From an uncultured Gemmatimonadota bacterium (GTDB lineage: Bacteria > Gemmatimonadota > Gemmatimonadetes > Palauibacterales > Palauibacteraceae), in contig CAZRRU010000091.1 in the NCBI GenBank assembly GCA_964602635.1, positions 54-64,053 on the forward strand: a DNA stretch of 64,000 bases, written 5' to 3'. A program made the position numbers and the translations under genes. This document shows positions 1 through 8,773 of this stretch, piece after piece. The notes beneath the pieces were generated by a model that saw only the letters and a program-made list of their open reading frames with translations, made no database searches and was not told the origin of the DNA. How positions within the stretch are numbered: the stretch's first letter is position 1; every line of letters starts with the position of its first letter.

Positions 1-773
1 GGAAGCTTGCCGGAGGGCACCTCACGCCCGGTCACCGCCTTGATCAGCATCTTCTCGGCGCCCTGCGGGTACTTCACCGTGAGAGGCAGGACGGTAACAT
101 CGAGATCATCCGGCAGGGTCTCGCGCAGCCGGGCGATCGCATCGGGCTTGTTCTTCTCGACGCCGATGACCGCCCTCTCGACGCCGAGCGCCTTCATCAT
201 GATCCGAATGCCGAACTGCACCCTCTCCGGATACTCGACCATCGTGCGGTGATCGGTGGTCAGGTACGGCTCGCACTCCGCTCCGTTGATGATCAGCGTG
301 TGCACGGGCATGTCTTCGGGCGGAAGCAGCTTCACGTGGGTCGGGAACGCAGCGCCGCCGAGCCCCACGACTCCGGCCTTCTGGACCTCCTCCACCACCT
401 GCTTCGGCGACAGGCCTTCCCACCTGGGGACGATCCGCGGCCTCGGCACCTGGGGAGAAAATCGATCCACGGCTATGACCACCGACTCCGCCATGGATCC
501 GTCCGGGTGCGGGCACAGCCGGATGTCCTTCACCGTGCCCGCCGCCGAGGCGTGAATCGGCACCGAGACGAATCCGTCCGCCTCGGCCAGCTTGTCGCCA
601 CGCTCCACGTGATCGCCGACCTTCACGAGCAAGCGAGCCGGTCGCCCGGCGTGCTGGCGCAGAGGAAGAACGATCTCCTCCGGGAACGGCATGCGCCGCA
701 CCGGCACCTTCTCGGTAAGGTGCTTGGTCTCCGGCGGGTGCACCCCGTGTCTGAATGTGCTGGATCCGAGCAT
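1..773 (-). CDS. rnfC: Rnf electron-transport complex subunit C (RnfC/RsxC), N-terminal ~257 codons; the gene runs off the left edge of the window
   Basis: Absent from the ORF track because it has no stop in the window. My translation of the minus strand from the ATG at 773 gives MLGSSTFRHGVHPPETKHLTEKVPVRRMPFPEEIVLPLRQHAGRPARLLVKVGDHVERGDKLAEADGFVSVPIHASAAGTVKDI...LIINGAECEPYLTTDHR...KYPQGAEKMLIKAVTGREVPSGKLP. These are the RnfC signature stretches (GVHPP..K, PLxQHxG, GAECEPYLT, YPxGxEK). A GAGAGGAA run lies just upstream of the ATG. Confidence 0.85.
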   Translation of the reverse strand, partial: MLGSSTFRHGVHPPETKHLTEKVPVRRMPFPEEIVLPLRQHAGRPARLLVKVGDHVERGDKLAEADGFVSVPIHASAAGTVKDIRLCPHPDGSMAESVVIAVDRFSPQVPRPRIVPRWEGLSPKQVVEEVQKAGVVGLGGAAFPTHVKLLPPEDMPVHTLIINGAECEPYLTTDHRTMVEYPERVQFGIRIMMKALGVERAVIGVEKNKPDAIARLRETLPDDLDVTVLPLTVKYPQGAEKMLIKAVTGREVPSGKL

Positions 774-806
774 GTCGTTCCTCTCAGCCGCCCGCCTGAT
801 TCAAGG

Positions 807-3800
807 TCAGTTGAACGGCTTCGCCCGCTCGATCCACTTCTCGATGTCCTTCTCCTTCATGTTGACCGGCGTGCCCGGGTGGATGATCTCGGCAGTGCAG
901 CGCTCGGCTCCCTGCACGATCTCGGCGAACGTGCCGGCGTTCTTGTCCTTGATGTACGCCTGCTTGTTCTCGTCGTACGCGAACAGCTTCTTGTTGATGT
1001 TGATGCACTCGTCGCACGAAGTGCAGCGCGCAGTCTCGATGTACGGATCCATCACCAGGGCATCGTCGTCGTCTTCGGCTGCTTCCGCAGCGGCCGGGGC
1101 GACCGACACTCCCGCGACCTCGGTGGCCTCGGCGATCGCCACTGCCCGCGTGACGGCTTCCGCCGGGGCAACGGTGACCGTCGCCCCACCGTTTCCGCCT
1201 CCCACGTCCACACCCAATCCACCGGCCAGTCCGGCCACGGCCTCGGCGTTGATCGGCTGCAGGTCCGGATCGGCGTTCGCCCGGGCCAGGATTTCGGCCA
1301 CCGTCAGGTTTCCGTCGCCGGAAGCCAGGAGACCCTCGGCCATGCGTCGGGCCACGAGCGCCGGGTAGCTCATCCGAAGCTCCGCCAGCTGCGCCTCGTA
1401 ATCCGTGCGAATCGCCTCGGCCTTCGCCTCGAACTCGGCCTCCATGTCGTCCGCGATATCGGCCCGCACGGACGCCGGGACCTCGAGTCCCGCCAGCTCC
1501 TTGATCTGCGACCAGTACAGGAGCCGATCCTCGCCCAGCAGCACCATCTCCATGGAGCACGCCAGGCGGCCCAGCTTCCTGTCCGCGTCGATCACCCAGA
1601 TGAAGGGCGTCTTGCCGATCCGTTCGTCCTCCGACAGGTCGATGAACTCGTGGAACAGGACCTGGTCCTCGTCCCACTCCTCCGGCTTGATCCGCTTGAA
1701 GTGCTTCTTGAAACGGCCCTCCGTGGCCGCCCAGTCCGCGGTGGTGACCGGAAGCTCCATCTTCTGCACCTGTTCGTCCTCATCCACGTATTCCAGCTCG
1801 TACGTGGGCCACGTCTGGTCGAGGTCCGGATTGCCGCTCAGGTCCAGGCAGTCGGCGATCGTCGCCCCGGCATCCGGGTCGAAGATGAGGAACGGGAACG
1901 CGCGCCCCTCGAGTGCGAAGCGGGACGCGTTGGGCGCCCACTCGTCCGCCAGTCCGTGCTCCACCGGACACGGTGTGTAGATGTTCATGACCGCGGGACG
2001 CGGCGACTTGAGCGCCCGGATCACCCCTCCGATCATGTGAGACGCCGAGGCCTGTGACGACTGGAGCACGAAGGCGCCGCGATGCGCCAGCGCGATCATC
2101 GCCAGCTCCTTGCGGGTCTCTTCCTTGCCGTGTTGCGCCTTGCCGTACGCGGCCATGTCCGACACCTGCCCGATGAACCCGCTCGTGCAGGCCTGGCCGC
2201 CCGTGTTCGAGTACACCTGCGTGTCCAGAACGACCACGCGGATCGGCTTACCCGAGGCCAGGAGCCGGGACAGGTTCTGGAACCCGATGTCCATCATCGC
2301 CCCGTCGCCCCCGATCGCCACGATCGGCGGACACAGATCGAACTCCTCGTCCGTGAACTCCTGCCACGTGAGAGCCACGAACTCGGGCTCGTGCACCTCG
2401 GCCTCGTACTCGCCGCTGGCCAGGAGCCGGGCCCGGCGCACGGCCGTGAACCCATCGCCCATCTTCCGCATGTGGCCCTCGAAGATCCCGATGGCCACGG
2501 ACGGCGAGTCCTGGAACAGGTGGTTCACCCACGGATACGGATACGGATTGTACGGGAAGGTGCTGCCCCACACCGACGAGCAGCCGGTGCTGTTGCTGAT
2601 TCCCATGTTGGCGCGTCCCTGGCCGCTCGGGCCCTTGGTGTAGCGCCACAGGAGGTCCTTGAGGGCGGCGATCGTGTCGGTGTACAGCTTGAGCTGCGCC
2701 CGCTTCTCGTCGTCCAGGGGCACTTCCGCGGCCCGGCCGTCGGCGAGCGCCGCCAGGTCGAGGTCGGCATCGGCGGACAGCAACTCGCGGGCCTGCCCGT
2801 CGAGGGTCTCGATCAACTCCTCGATGTTGGCTACGAACGTCTCCACCCGGGGCTGCATCAGCGACTCGACCGCGGAGACGATCAGGTGAACGGCCGTCTT
2901 CTCACCGCACCCCATGCACGCCCCGTCGCCGCCCGCCATCGTCCGGTAGTTCTCCTTCTTCAGCAGCAGCGACGGCAGGACTCCGATTCCCTCTTCGAGA
3001 TTCCGGATGTTGATGAACCGGTCGGCCGTGTCCGGGAGGTTCTCCCACAGGTTCCAGTTTCGCCGCAGCTGGTCCAGGTTTTCTTCGTTCTGATGCACCG
3101 TTACCAGCGCGCCATCGGCGCACACGTCCACGCAGATGTTGCAGCCCTTGCAGGCCTCGGGATTTACGGTGATCGACAGGAGGCCGCCCGCGCCCTTCTC
3201 CTTGTTCTCCTGCTGGTCGAAGAACGGAACCGTCTTCGCGAGCGGAAAATCCGCGAGCACCGAGTACACCGCGGCGAATTCCTCGTCCAGCTCTTTCTTA
3301 CGCTCCGCGTCCCACGGCAGCTTCTCCGCCAGGTTGCCGTACGCCGTCGAGACGGTGTCGCCGAAGGTCTGGAACGGAACGGCTTTCAGGACCTTGCGCG
3401 CCTCGCGGGCCAGGTTGGCCGAAACCGACTGGATACGGTCCAGGGGCTTGCCGTTCTGGGCGGTCCTGATAGCCGCCTGGATCACCTCCTCCACCGAGTT
3501 GACCACTCCGGGGATCGCCGCGTCCGGGCACTGCGTCCAGCACTGCGAGCACCCGGTGCATTTCGCCGCGATGAACTCGGGGATCTCGAAACGGATGTCC
3601 GACATGTCGCGCACCGTGCTCGTGGCGGCGGGAATGGCGCTGATCGCCGAGAACGGGTCCGCGATCACGTCCTGGTCGATTCCGCACAGCGAGCAAACCT
3701 GCTCCCAGAACCGGCCCTGGTTCGCGATCCCCCAGTCCTGGTCCGGATGGTCGAGGAGAGTCGGGATCTGTCCCACCGCGGCCTCCGCCATCACCTGGCC

Positions 3801-5939
3801 GGCGCCCACCAGCTCGCCCTGCACCGCGACGGCCCGGACTTCGTCGAAGCCGCGCCGGATCACCTTGAGGTTGGCTTCCACCACTCGCTCGCCCAGGTGC
3901 CCGAATTTCTTCTCGAGCTGCTTGCGCATCCCCTCGAACAGGGTCTCCTCGTCCAGGCCCTCCGCCTCCATGAACGGGGAAGTGCGGAAGAAGGCGCCCA
4001 TGAACGCCGTTCCCTGCATCCGATACCGGAGATCGGGATCCGTGGCTTCCTCGGTGGCGATCTTGAACGCGTCCACCGAGTACACCTTGATGTCGTTCTC
4101 CTGGATGATCTGTCGCGCCTGTGGGGGAAGTGAGGCCCACAGCGCCTCCGGCTCGTGCTCGCTCTGGATCACGAACACCCCGCCCGGCTGCAGCCCGGCG
4201 AGCGGGTTCGAGTTGTTGAACGCGTTCGGGTCGGGCGACAGAACGATGTTCACGAACTGAAGCTCGCCGTTCAGGCGCAGCGGCTGGCGTGAGAGGACAC
4301 CGTAGAACGTGGTCGGCTGTCCTTTCTTCTCCGACCCGTACTTCGGGTTCGCCTTGACGTTGAGACCCGCGAGCTCGAAGCCGGTCATGACCACGTTCTT
4401 GCCCATCGTGATCGCGCCCCAGCCACCCACCGAGTGGATGCGCATGGAGATGGCATCGTCGGGCAACAGGTTGATGTGGCCCTCGGGGACGAGCGATCGC
4501 TCCCCGAGATCGGGGTAGTGCTCGAGCAGTTGCTCCTGCCAGATCTCGAGCTTCGGGAGCTTGGTCCCCTCACGAACGAAGTCGATTCCGAGGTAGTACT
4601 GGCGCCGCTTCCGGCCCGCGGGAAGCATGTTCTCGACCGTGAGGACGAGGTCCGCCGGCTGCAAGTCCCGGCTTCCGAACCCGAACCCGGCCGAGTAGAA
4701 GTCGGGCACCTGCTCGGGCGCGATGTCGGCCACCAGGGGGAACGGGCGCGAGCCGTTCTTCGAGGCACGAGCCGCACGGCTGTTTTCCTGGCCCTGCGAC
4801 ATGGCCGCCCGGATCTCCCGCAGCAGAGGCTGGTCTACGGCCAGCGGCTGGTCGCAGCGCTCCAGCACCGTCACGCCCTTCTTGCCCTTGAGCATGGCGC
4901 TGATCAGATCGGCGGGGAACGGACGGAACATCACGACGTCCATCACGCCGACCTTTAGCCCGCGCTCCGCGCGCAGGTAGTCCGCTACGGCCTCGGCGTT
5001 CGAGACCACGGAGCCCTGGCCCACCAGGACGTACTCGGCGTCGTCCATGAGGTAGCCAAGAGTGCGCTCGTACCGGCGGCCCGTCAGCTCCGCGTACTCC
5101 GTCATCGCCTGGTCGGTGAGATCCCGCACGTGATCGAAGTAGAATGGCCGCTGGGCCGCCACGCCCTGCATGTATGCGTCCTGGTTCTGCACCGACCCCA
5201 GAAGGGCAGGGTAGTCGAGGTCGAACATCTCCGGGATCCGGCGGCGCGTGGCGCCGAACGTGAGCTCCTGCGCCGGGGTGGGAGATTCGATCATGTCCGC
5301 CGGATCTCCAAGAAACTCCCTGATGAGATCCCGCTCGGGCAGGCGCAGCGACTCGATCACGTGGCTGGTCAGGAAGCCGTCCTGGGCCACGAGGCCGGGG
5401 TTCAGGCTGAGCTCCGCGATCCGATGCGCGATCAGCGTCAGGTCGGCGATTCCCTGCACATCCTTGGCGAACACCTGGAAGAAGCCCGTGTCATCCACGG
5501 CGTGGTAGTCGTCGTGGCCGGCGTGCACGTTCAGGGCGTGCTTCGTCATGGCGCGGGCCGCGACGTTGAGCACGTACGTGAGGCGCTTGCCCACGGCCGC
5601 GTACAGGGACTCGTGCATGTACGCGATGCCCTGGCCGCTCGAGAAGTTGGTGGCCCGCAGTCCGGTCATGCTCATTCCGGCCGTGACCCCCGCGGCTGCG
5701 TGCTCCCCCTCCGGCTCGAAGAACAGCAACCGCCGTCCGTTGACGTTGGTCTTGCCGGCGGCCTTCGCTGCGGCCCACCCCTCGCCCATCTGCGTGGACG
5801 GGGTGATCGGGTACGCTCCCGCCCCCTCGCTGGCGGCGATCTCCATCTCCACCACCGCCTCGCTGCCGTCCATTGCCACCGGAACGCCCGGGTATCGCGC
5901 TTCGGGTGCCGGGTCGTCGCCTCTGTTTCGCCTGATCAT
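807..5939 (-). CDS. nifJ: Pyruvate:ferredoxin (flavodoxin) oxidoreductase, single-chain NifJ/PFOR type, unusually long (~1710 aa) with a C-terminal ferredoxin-like tail
   Basis: Track ORF 807..5999. I prefer the ATG at 5939 (MIRRNRGDD...) because it forms an ATGA overlap with the stop of the upstream rnfB-like gene. Domain order is as in PFOR: YPITPSTQM pyrimidine domain, GGWGAITMGKN gamma-type domain, two CxxCxxCxxxC motifs (CTGCSQCWTQC, CKGCNICVDVC), and a TPP domain (GGDGAMMDIGFQNL...YSNTGGQ). Confidence 0.9.
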   Translation of the reverse strand: MIRRNRGDDPAPEARYPGVPVAMDGSEAVVEMEIAASEGAGAYPITPSTQMGEGWAAAKAAGKTNVNGRRLLFFEPEGEHAAAGVTAGMSMTGLRATNFSSGQGIAYMHESLYAAVGKRLTYVLNVAARAMTKHALNVHAGHDDYHAVDDTGFFQVFAKDVQGIADLTLIAHRIAELSLNPGLVAQDGFLTSHVIESLRLPERDLIREFLGDPADMIESPTPAQELTFGATRRRIPEMFDLDYPALLGSVQNQDAYMQGVAAQRPFYFDHVRDLTDQAMTEYAELTGRRYERTLGYLMDDAEYVLVGQGSVVSNAEAVADYLRAERGLKVGVMDVVMFRPFPADLISAMLKGKKGVTVLERCDQPLAVDQPLLREIRAAMSQGQENSRAARASKNGSRPFPLVADIAPEQVPDFYSAGFGFGSRDLQPADLVLTVENMLPAGRKRRQYYLGIDFVREGTKLPKLEIWQEQLLEHYPDLGERSLVPEGHINLLPDDAISMRIHSVGGWGAITMGKNVVMTGFELAGLNVKANPKYGSEKKGQPTTFYGVLSRQPLRLNGELQFVNIVLSPDPNAFNNSNPLAGLQPGGVFVIQSEHEPEALWASLPPQARQIIQENDIKVYSVDAFKIATEEATDPDLRYRMQGTAFMGAFFRTSPFMEAEGLDEETLFEGMRKQLEKKFGHLGERVVEANLKVIRRGFDEVRAVAVQGELVGAGQVMAEAAVGQIPTLLDHPDQDWGIANQGRFWEQVCSLCGIDQDVIADPFSAISAIPAATSTVRDMSDIRFEIPEFIAAKCTGCSQCWTQCPDAAIPGVVNSVEEVIQAAIRTAQNGKPLDRIQSVSANLAREARKVLKAVPFQTFGDTVSTAYGNLAEKLPWDAERKKELDEEFAAVYSVLADFPLAKTVPFFDQQENKEKGAGGLLSITVNPEACKGCNICVDVCADGALVTVHQNEENLDQLRRNWNLWENLPDTADRFINIRNLEEGIGVLPSLLLKKENYRTMAGGDGACMGCGEKTAVHLIVSAVESLMQPRVETFVANIEELIETLDGQARELLSADADLDLAALADGRAAEVPLDDEKRAQLKLYTDTIAALKDLLWRYTKGPSGQGRANMGISNSTGCSSVWGSTFPYNPYPYPWVNHLFQDSPSVAIGIFEGHMRKMGDGFTAVRRARLLASGEYEAEVHEPEFVALTWQEFTDEEFDLCPPIVAIGGDGAMMDIGFQNLSRLLASGKPIRVVVLDTQVYSNTGGQACTSGFIGQVSDMAAYGKAQHGKEETRKELAMIALAHRGAFVLQSSQASASHMIGGVIRALKSPRPAVMNIYTPCPVEHGLADEWAPNASRFALEGRAFPFLIFDPDAGATIADCLDLSGNPDLDQTWPTYELEYVDEDEQVQKMELPVTTADWAATEGRFKKHFKRIKPEEWDEDQVLFHEFIDLSEDERIGKTPFIWVIDADRKLGRLACSMEMVLLGEDRLLYWSQIKELAGLEVPASVRADIADDMEAEFEAKAEAIRTDYEAQLAELRMSYPALVARRMAEGLLASGDGNLTVAEILARANADPDLQPINAEAVAGLAGGLGVDVGGGNGGATVTVAPAEAVTRAVAIAEATEVAGVSVAPAAAEAAEDDDDALVMDPYIETARCTSCDECININKKLFAYDENKQAYIKDKNAGTFAEIVQGAERCTAEIIHPGTPVNMKEKDIEKWIERAKPFN

Positions 5940-6787
5940 CCTGTTAGACTCCCTGCCGCTGTCAGCTCGACCTCGAACCGCTGGGCGCCCTCCACCCACC
6001 GGATCGCTCCGGTGGGACAGCGCGCCGCTGCCGTCGGGTCGGCGAATTCGATTCTATCATAGTCCACGACGGCCAGGCCGCCGTCCATTGTCACCACCTC
6101 TGGTGCATCCTGAGCGCACCTACCGCAAGCGTTGCAGGCCACAGCACACACATCCGTGGCCGCGTCGCCCTCCAGCAGGTTCCTGCACTGCACGATCAGC
6201 TTGTGGTCCATCGGCATGAGCACGAACAGATCGAGCGGGCATGCCTCAACACAGTCGTTGCACGCCGTGCACTTGTCCGTATCCACGATGGGAAGGTCCA
6301 CGTCGTTCATCCGGATCGCGTCGAACGTGCAAACGACCGCGCAATCGGCCAGTCCGACACACCCCCAGGCACACGCCTTCCCGCCGCCGCTTACCGCAAC
6401 GGCGGCAGCGCAGCTCTCGATCCCGTCGTACAGGGCCTTCCGCGGCGCGACGTCGGTGCCTCCGGCGCACAGCAGCCGCGCTACCACCTTCGAGGCTTCG
6501 CCGGCGTCCACGCCCAGCATGGTCGCCACGTCTTCCAGCTCGGCCTCGCCCATCACCGTACACCCGGCAGGGGCCACCTCGCCGTCGATCGCCGCCTCGG
6601 CGAAAGCACGACAGCCCGCGAGGCCGCATGCTCCGCAGTTGGCTCCCGGGAGAATGTCGGTGAGCTCGTCGATGCGGGGATCCTCCCACACGTACAGCTT
6701 CCGATTCGCTATCGCGATCAGGGTGCCGAACGTGAGGCCCACCCCGCCCAGAACGGCGACGGAAGCCAGGATGGCTTGAGGATCCAA
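5936..6787 (-). CDS. rnfB: RnfB-like Fe-S protein (N-terminal TM helix, CGxCGxxGC cluster motif, polyferredoxin C-terminus)
   Basis: This is the C-terminal 284 codons of track ORF 5936..7372: ...DPQAILASVAVLGGVGLTFGTLIAI (TM), LPGANCGACGLAGCRAFAEA (RnfB-type cluster), CTACNDCVEACP and further Cys motifs. The upstream part of the track ORF is R/G-rich and overlaps the real gene 6799..7830. The proposed start is TTG at 6787, with GGGGAGGA 4 nt upstream. That start is less certain than the gene call itself. Confidence 0.8.
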   Translation of the reverse strand: MDPQAILASVAVLGGVGLTFGTLIAIANRKLYVWEDPRIDELTDILPGANCGACGLAGCRAFAEAAIDGEVAPAGCTVMGEAELEDVATMLGVDAGEASKVVARLLCAGGTDVAPRKALYDGIESCAAAVAVSGGGKACAWGCVGLADCAVVCTFDAIRMNDVDLPIVDTDKCTACNDCVEACPLDLFVLMPMDHKLIVQCRNLLEGDAATDVCAVACNACGRCAQDAPEVVTMDGGLAVVDYDRIEFADPTAAARCPTGAIRWVEGAQRFEVELTAAGSLTG

Positions 6788-6798
6788 GCGTCCTCCCC

Positions 6799-7830
6799 TC
6801 AGCCCGTTCCCGAGATATCCGCCTGGCGGAGCACCCACGCCGCCAGCTTGTCCGCCGCCGAGGCCGCAGGCACCGGCCCTGCAGCTCCGTCGCCGGACGG
6901 CACTTCCGCCTCTGGAGCGCCCAGTCCCCACCCGGAGGACAGGGCGGCAAGCTGCCGCATCCCCTCGGTCTGCTGAAACGCGCTGATGCTTCCGAGGGCG
7001 CGTCTCGGCTCGTCCGATGGCATGTGGTGCACCGTGAGCCGTCCCGCGCCGCCTTCCGCGGCCGGGTGGTGCACGAAGCGGCAGGCGTCGGCCGGGACGA
7101 GAGCGGCGATCGCCGGTCCTTCGGCCTCCGCCACGATGGCCAGATCCGCCGGGTCCCCCGTCTGCAACACCAGCAGTCCGGGCGTGATGAAGCGGGATAG
7201 CGACGCCGGAGGCGCGGGACCGCGAACCACCAGCACGATCTTCTGAGCGCCATCCAGGAAGTCGACCAGTCCACCCGGTCGCAGGTCGGCTCCGTCCACC
7301 TCCATCACGAGGGGCGGTGCGAGCTCTCTTTCCCGCCGACTCCACAGGAAAGGCGGGAAACTGTCCAGCCATCCGCCGTGCGCGCCTTCGTCGTACTTGC
7401 CGGAGCGTGCCAGCTCAACCGTCCGTGCCGCGCCAAACGCGCGTCCAGCGCGCGCGAGGGCTCGGGAGGCCGCGTCCCGCAGGTCGGAGCCCGGCTCCAC
7501 GCTTACGAAGTACAGATCTCTTCCCTGTTCCAGGAGTGACTGGAGAATACGGGCCGCGGCTTCGATCCTCGGGGCCTCGGTGACCGTCACCGGCTCACCG
7601 GTCTCCTCGAAGGCGGAGAATCTCTCGATATCGATATGGCCCACGGCGAACGCGCCCAGCTCCGCCGCCGTGCGCTCGGTTCGCGCCTCCGCGGTGGCGC
7701 TTCCTGCGTCCAGCAGGCCACGGAGCTCCTCCGACGTTGCCACCAGGGTCGAGTGGAAGTCCTCGCCTGCCTTCGCGAGGATCTCCAGGGCGCGCGCGAC
7801 GCGCTCATCGGTCTTCTTCTTAGACGGCAT
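6799..7830 (-). CDS. Hypothetical protein, no domain recognised (about 343 aa), embedded in the kor-rnfB-PFOR-rnfC operon
   Basis: Track ORF 6799..7848. The ATG at 7830 (MPSKKKTDERVARALEIL...) overlaps the korB stop by 11 nt. The sequence has a protein-like composition and lies on the same strand as, and tightly packed between, korB and rnfB. I see no signal peptide, TM segment or Cys motif. Confidence 0.7.
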   Translation of the reverse strand: MPSKKKTDERVARALEILAKAGEDFHSTLVATSEELRGLLDAGSATAEARTERTAAELGAFAVGHIDIERFSAFEETGEPVTVTEAPRIEAAARILQSLLEQGRDLYFVSVEPGSDLRDAASRALARAGRAFGAARTVELARSGKYDEGAHGGWLDSFPPFLWSRRERELAPPLVMEVDGADLRPGGLVDFLDGAQKIVLVVRGPAPPASLSRFITPGLLVLQTGDPADLAIVAEAEGPAIAALVPADACRFVHHPAAEGGAGRLTVHHMPSDEPRRALGSISAFQQTEGMRQLAALSSGWGLGAPEAEVPSGDGAAGPVPAASAADKLAAWVLRQADISGTG

Positions 7831-8773
7831 ATTTGTCCAGCTCTTCATTCAGGACCCGGATCTTGTCTTCCGCCGTGTGAAGCGGAAGGTGTCGGGTCTC
7901 GTTGTACCGCGGATTCGATTCGTCCCGGTACAGGACACCAAGCCGGAGAAGCGACGATTCCTCGGCTAGCTCCCTGGCGGCCGCCAAGTTCCTCGGGTCG
8001 TGCCGCAGCTGGTTCGGGTATATCTGCCGGAGTGACTCGGGGAGTTCGACTCCATCGGGATGATCCAGCATCTCGATCATCTCGGGATTCCGCACGGCAT
8101 CGAGGTAGATATCCTCCGTGAACACGGGGCAGCGCTGGAGGACGCGAACGAAGGCGAATCCGCGGTGTGTGTACGCCGCCTGTAGCGTCGCGAACAGGTG
8201 GGCCGGGATCCACTCGGCCGTCTGCGCCACGAAGGACGCGTTCGTGATCCCGAGCGTCGCCTCGATCGGATTCAGCGCCGGAAGATAGCTTCCCCGCGGC
8301 TGCGTGTTGCTCCGGTAACCCTGCGGCGTCGTGGGCGACGTCTGCATTTTGGTCAGGCCGTAGATGTTGTTGTCCAGCATCATCGCCACCATGTCCACGT
8401 TGTACCGGGTGGCGTGTACCCAGTGTCCCGCCCCGATGGACACGCAGTCCCCATCGCCCATCACCACGAACACGTTGAGGTCCGGCCGGTTCAGCTTGAT
8501 GCCCGTAGCCACCGGGAGCGCCCGTCCGTGCAGTCCGTGAAAACCGTAGGTCTTCATATAGTGCGGGAAGCGGCTGGAGCACCCGATCCCAGAGACGAAT
8601 ACGGTCTCCTCGGGCTTCAGCTGTTCGTCCACCATGAGGCGCTGCGCCGCTGTGAGCACCGAGTGGTCCCCGCATCCGGCGCACCAGCGGGGCTGGGCCG
8701 CTTCGTAGTCCCCCAGGCTGAATTCACGATCGTCCTCGACCGGCGTGAGAAGCGAGCAGCAGGATAGGCTCAT
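7820..8773 (-). CDS. korB: 2-oxoacid:ferredoxin oxidoreductase beta subunit (TPP-binding, KorB type)
   Basis: 317 aa. WCAGCGDHSVL near the N-terminus and GDGDCVSIGAGH (TPP GDG motif) are typical of KorB/OorB. An ATGA overlap links it to the korA stop. Confidence 0.9.
   Translation of the reverse strand: MSLSCCSLLTPVEDDREFSLGDYEAAQPRWCAGCGDHSVLTAAQRLMVDEQLKPEETVFVSGIGCSSRFPHYMKTYGFHGLHGRALPVATGIKLNRPDLNVFVVMGDGDCVSIGAGHWVHATRYNVDMVAMMLDNNIYGLTKMQTSPTTPQGYRSNTQPRGSYLPALNPIEATLGITNASFVAQTAEWIPAHLFATLQAAYTHRGFAFVRVLQRCPVFTEDIYLDAVRNPEMIEMLDHPDGVELPESLRQIYPNQLRHDPRNLAAARELAEESSLLRLGVLYRDESNPRYNETRHLPLHTAEDKIRVLNEELDKYAV

Noticed and set aside
7-516. Track ORFs 7..252 (+) and 106..516 (-) at the left edge
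   Set aside because: Both are out of frame with, or antisense to, the partial rnfC gene. rnfC is missing from the track only because it has no stop inside the window.
249-4133. Long plus-strand ORFs 249..2057 (602 aa), 2082..4133 (683 aa), 3136..4260 and others
   Set aside because: They lie antisense to rnfC and the PFOR gene. Their translations are Arg/His/Leu/Gly-rich with no motifs, whereas the minus-strand frame carries unmistakable RnfC and PFOR motifs. These are typical shadow ORFs of high-GC DNA.
6788-7372. N-terminal ~195 codons of track ORF 5936..7372
   Set aside because: This part is Arg/Gly/Pro-rich and overlaps the well-formed gene 6799..7830 in another frame. RnfB homology begins only at the TM helix, near 6787.
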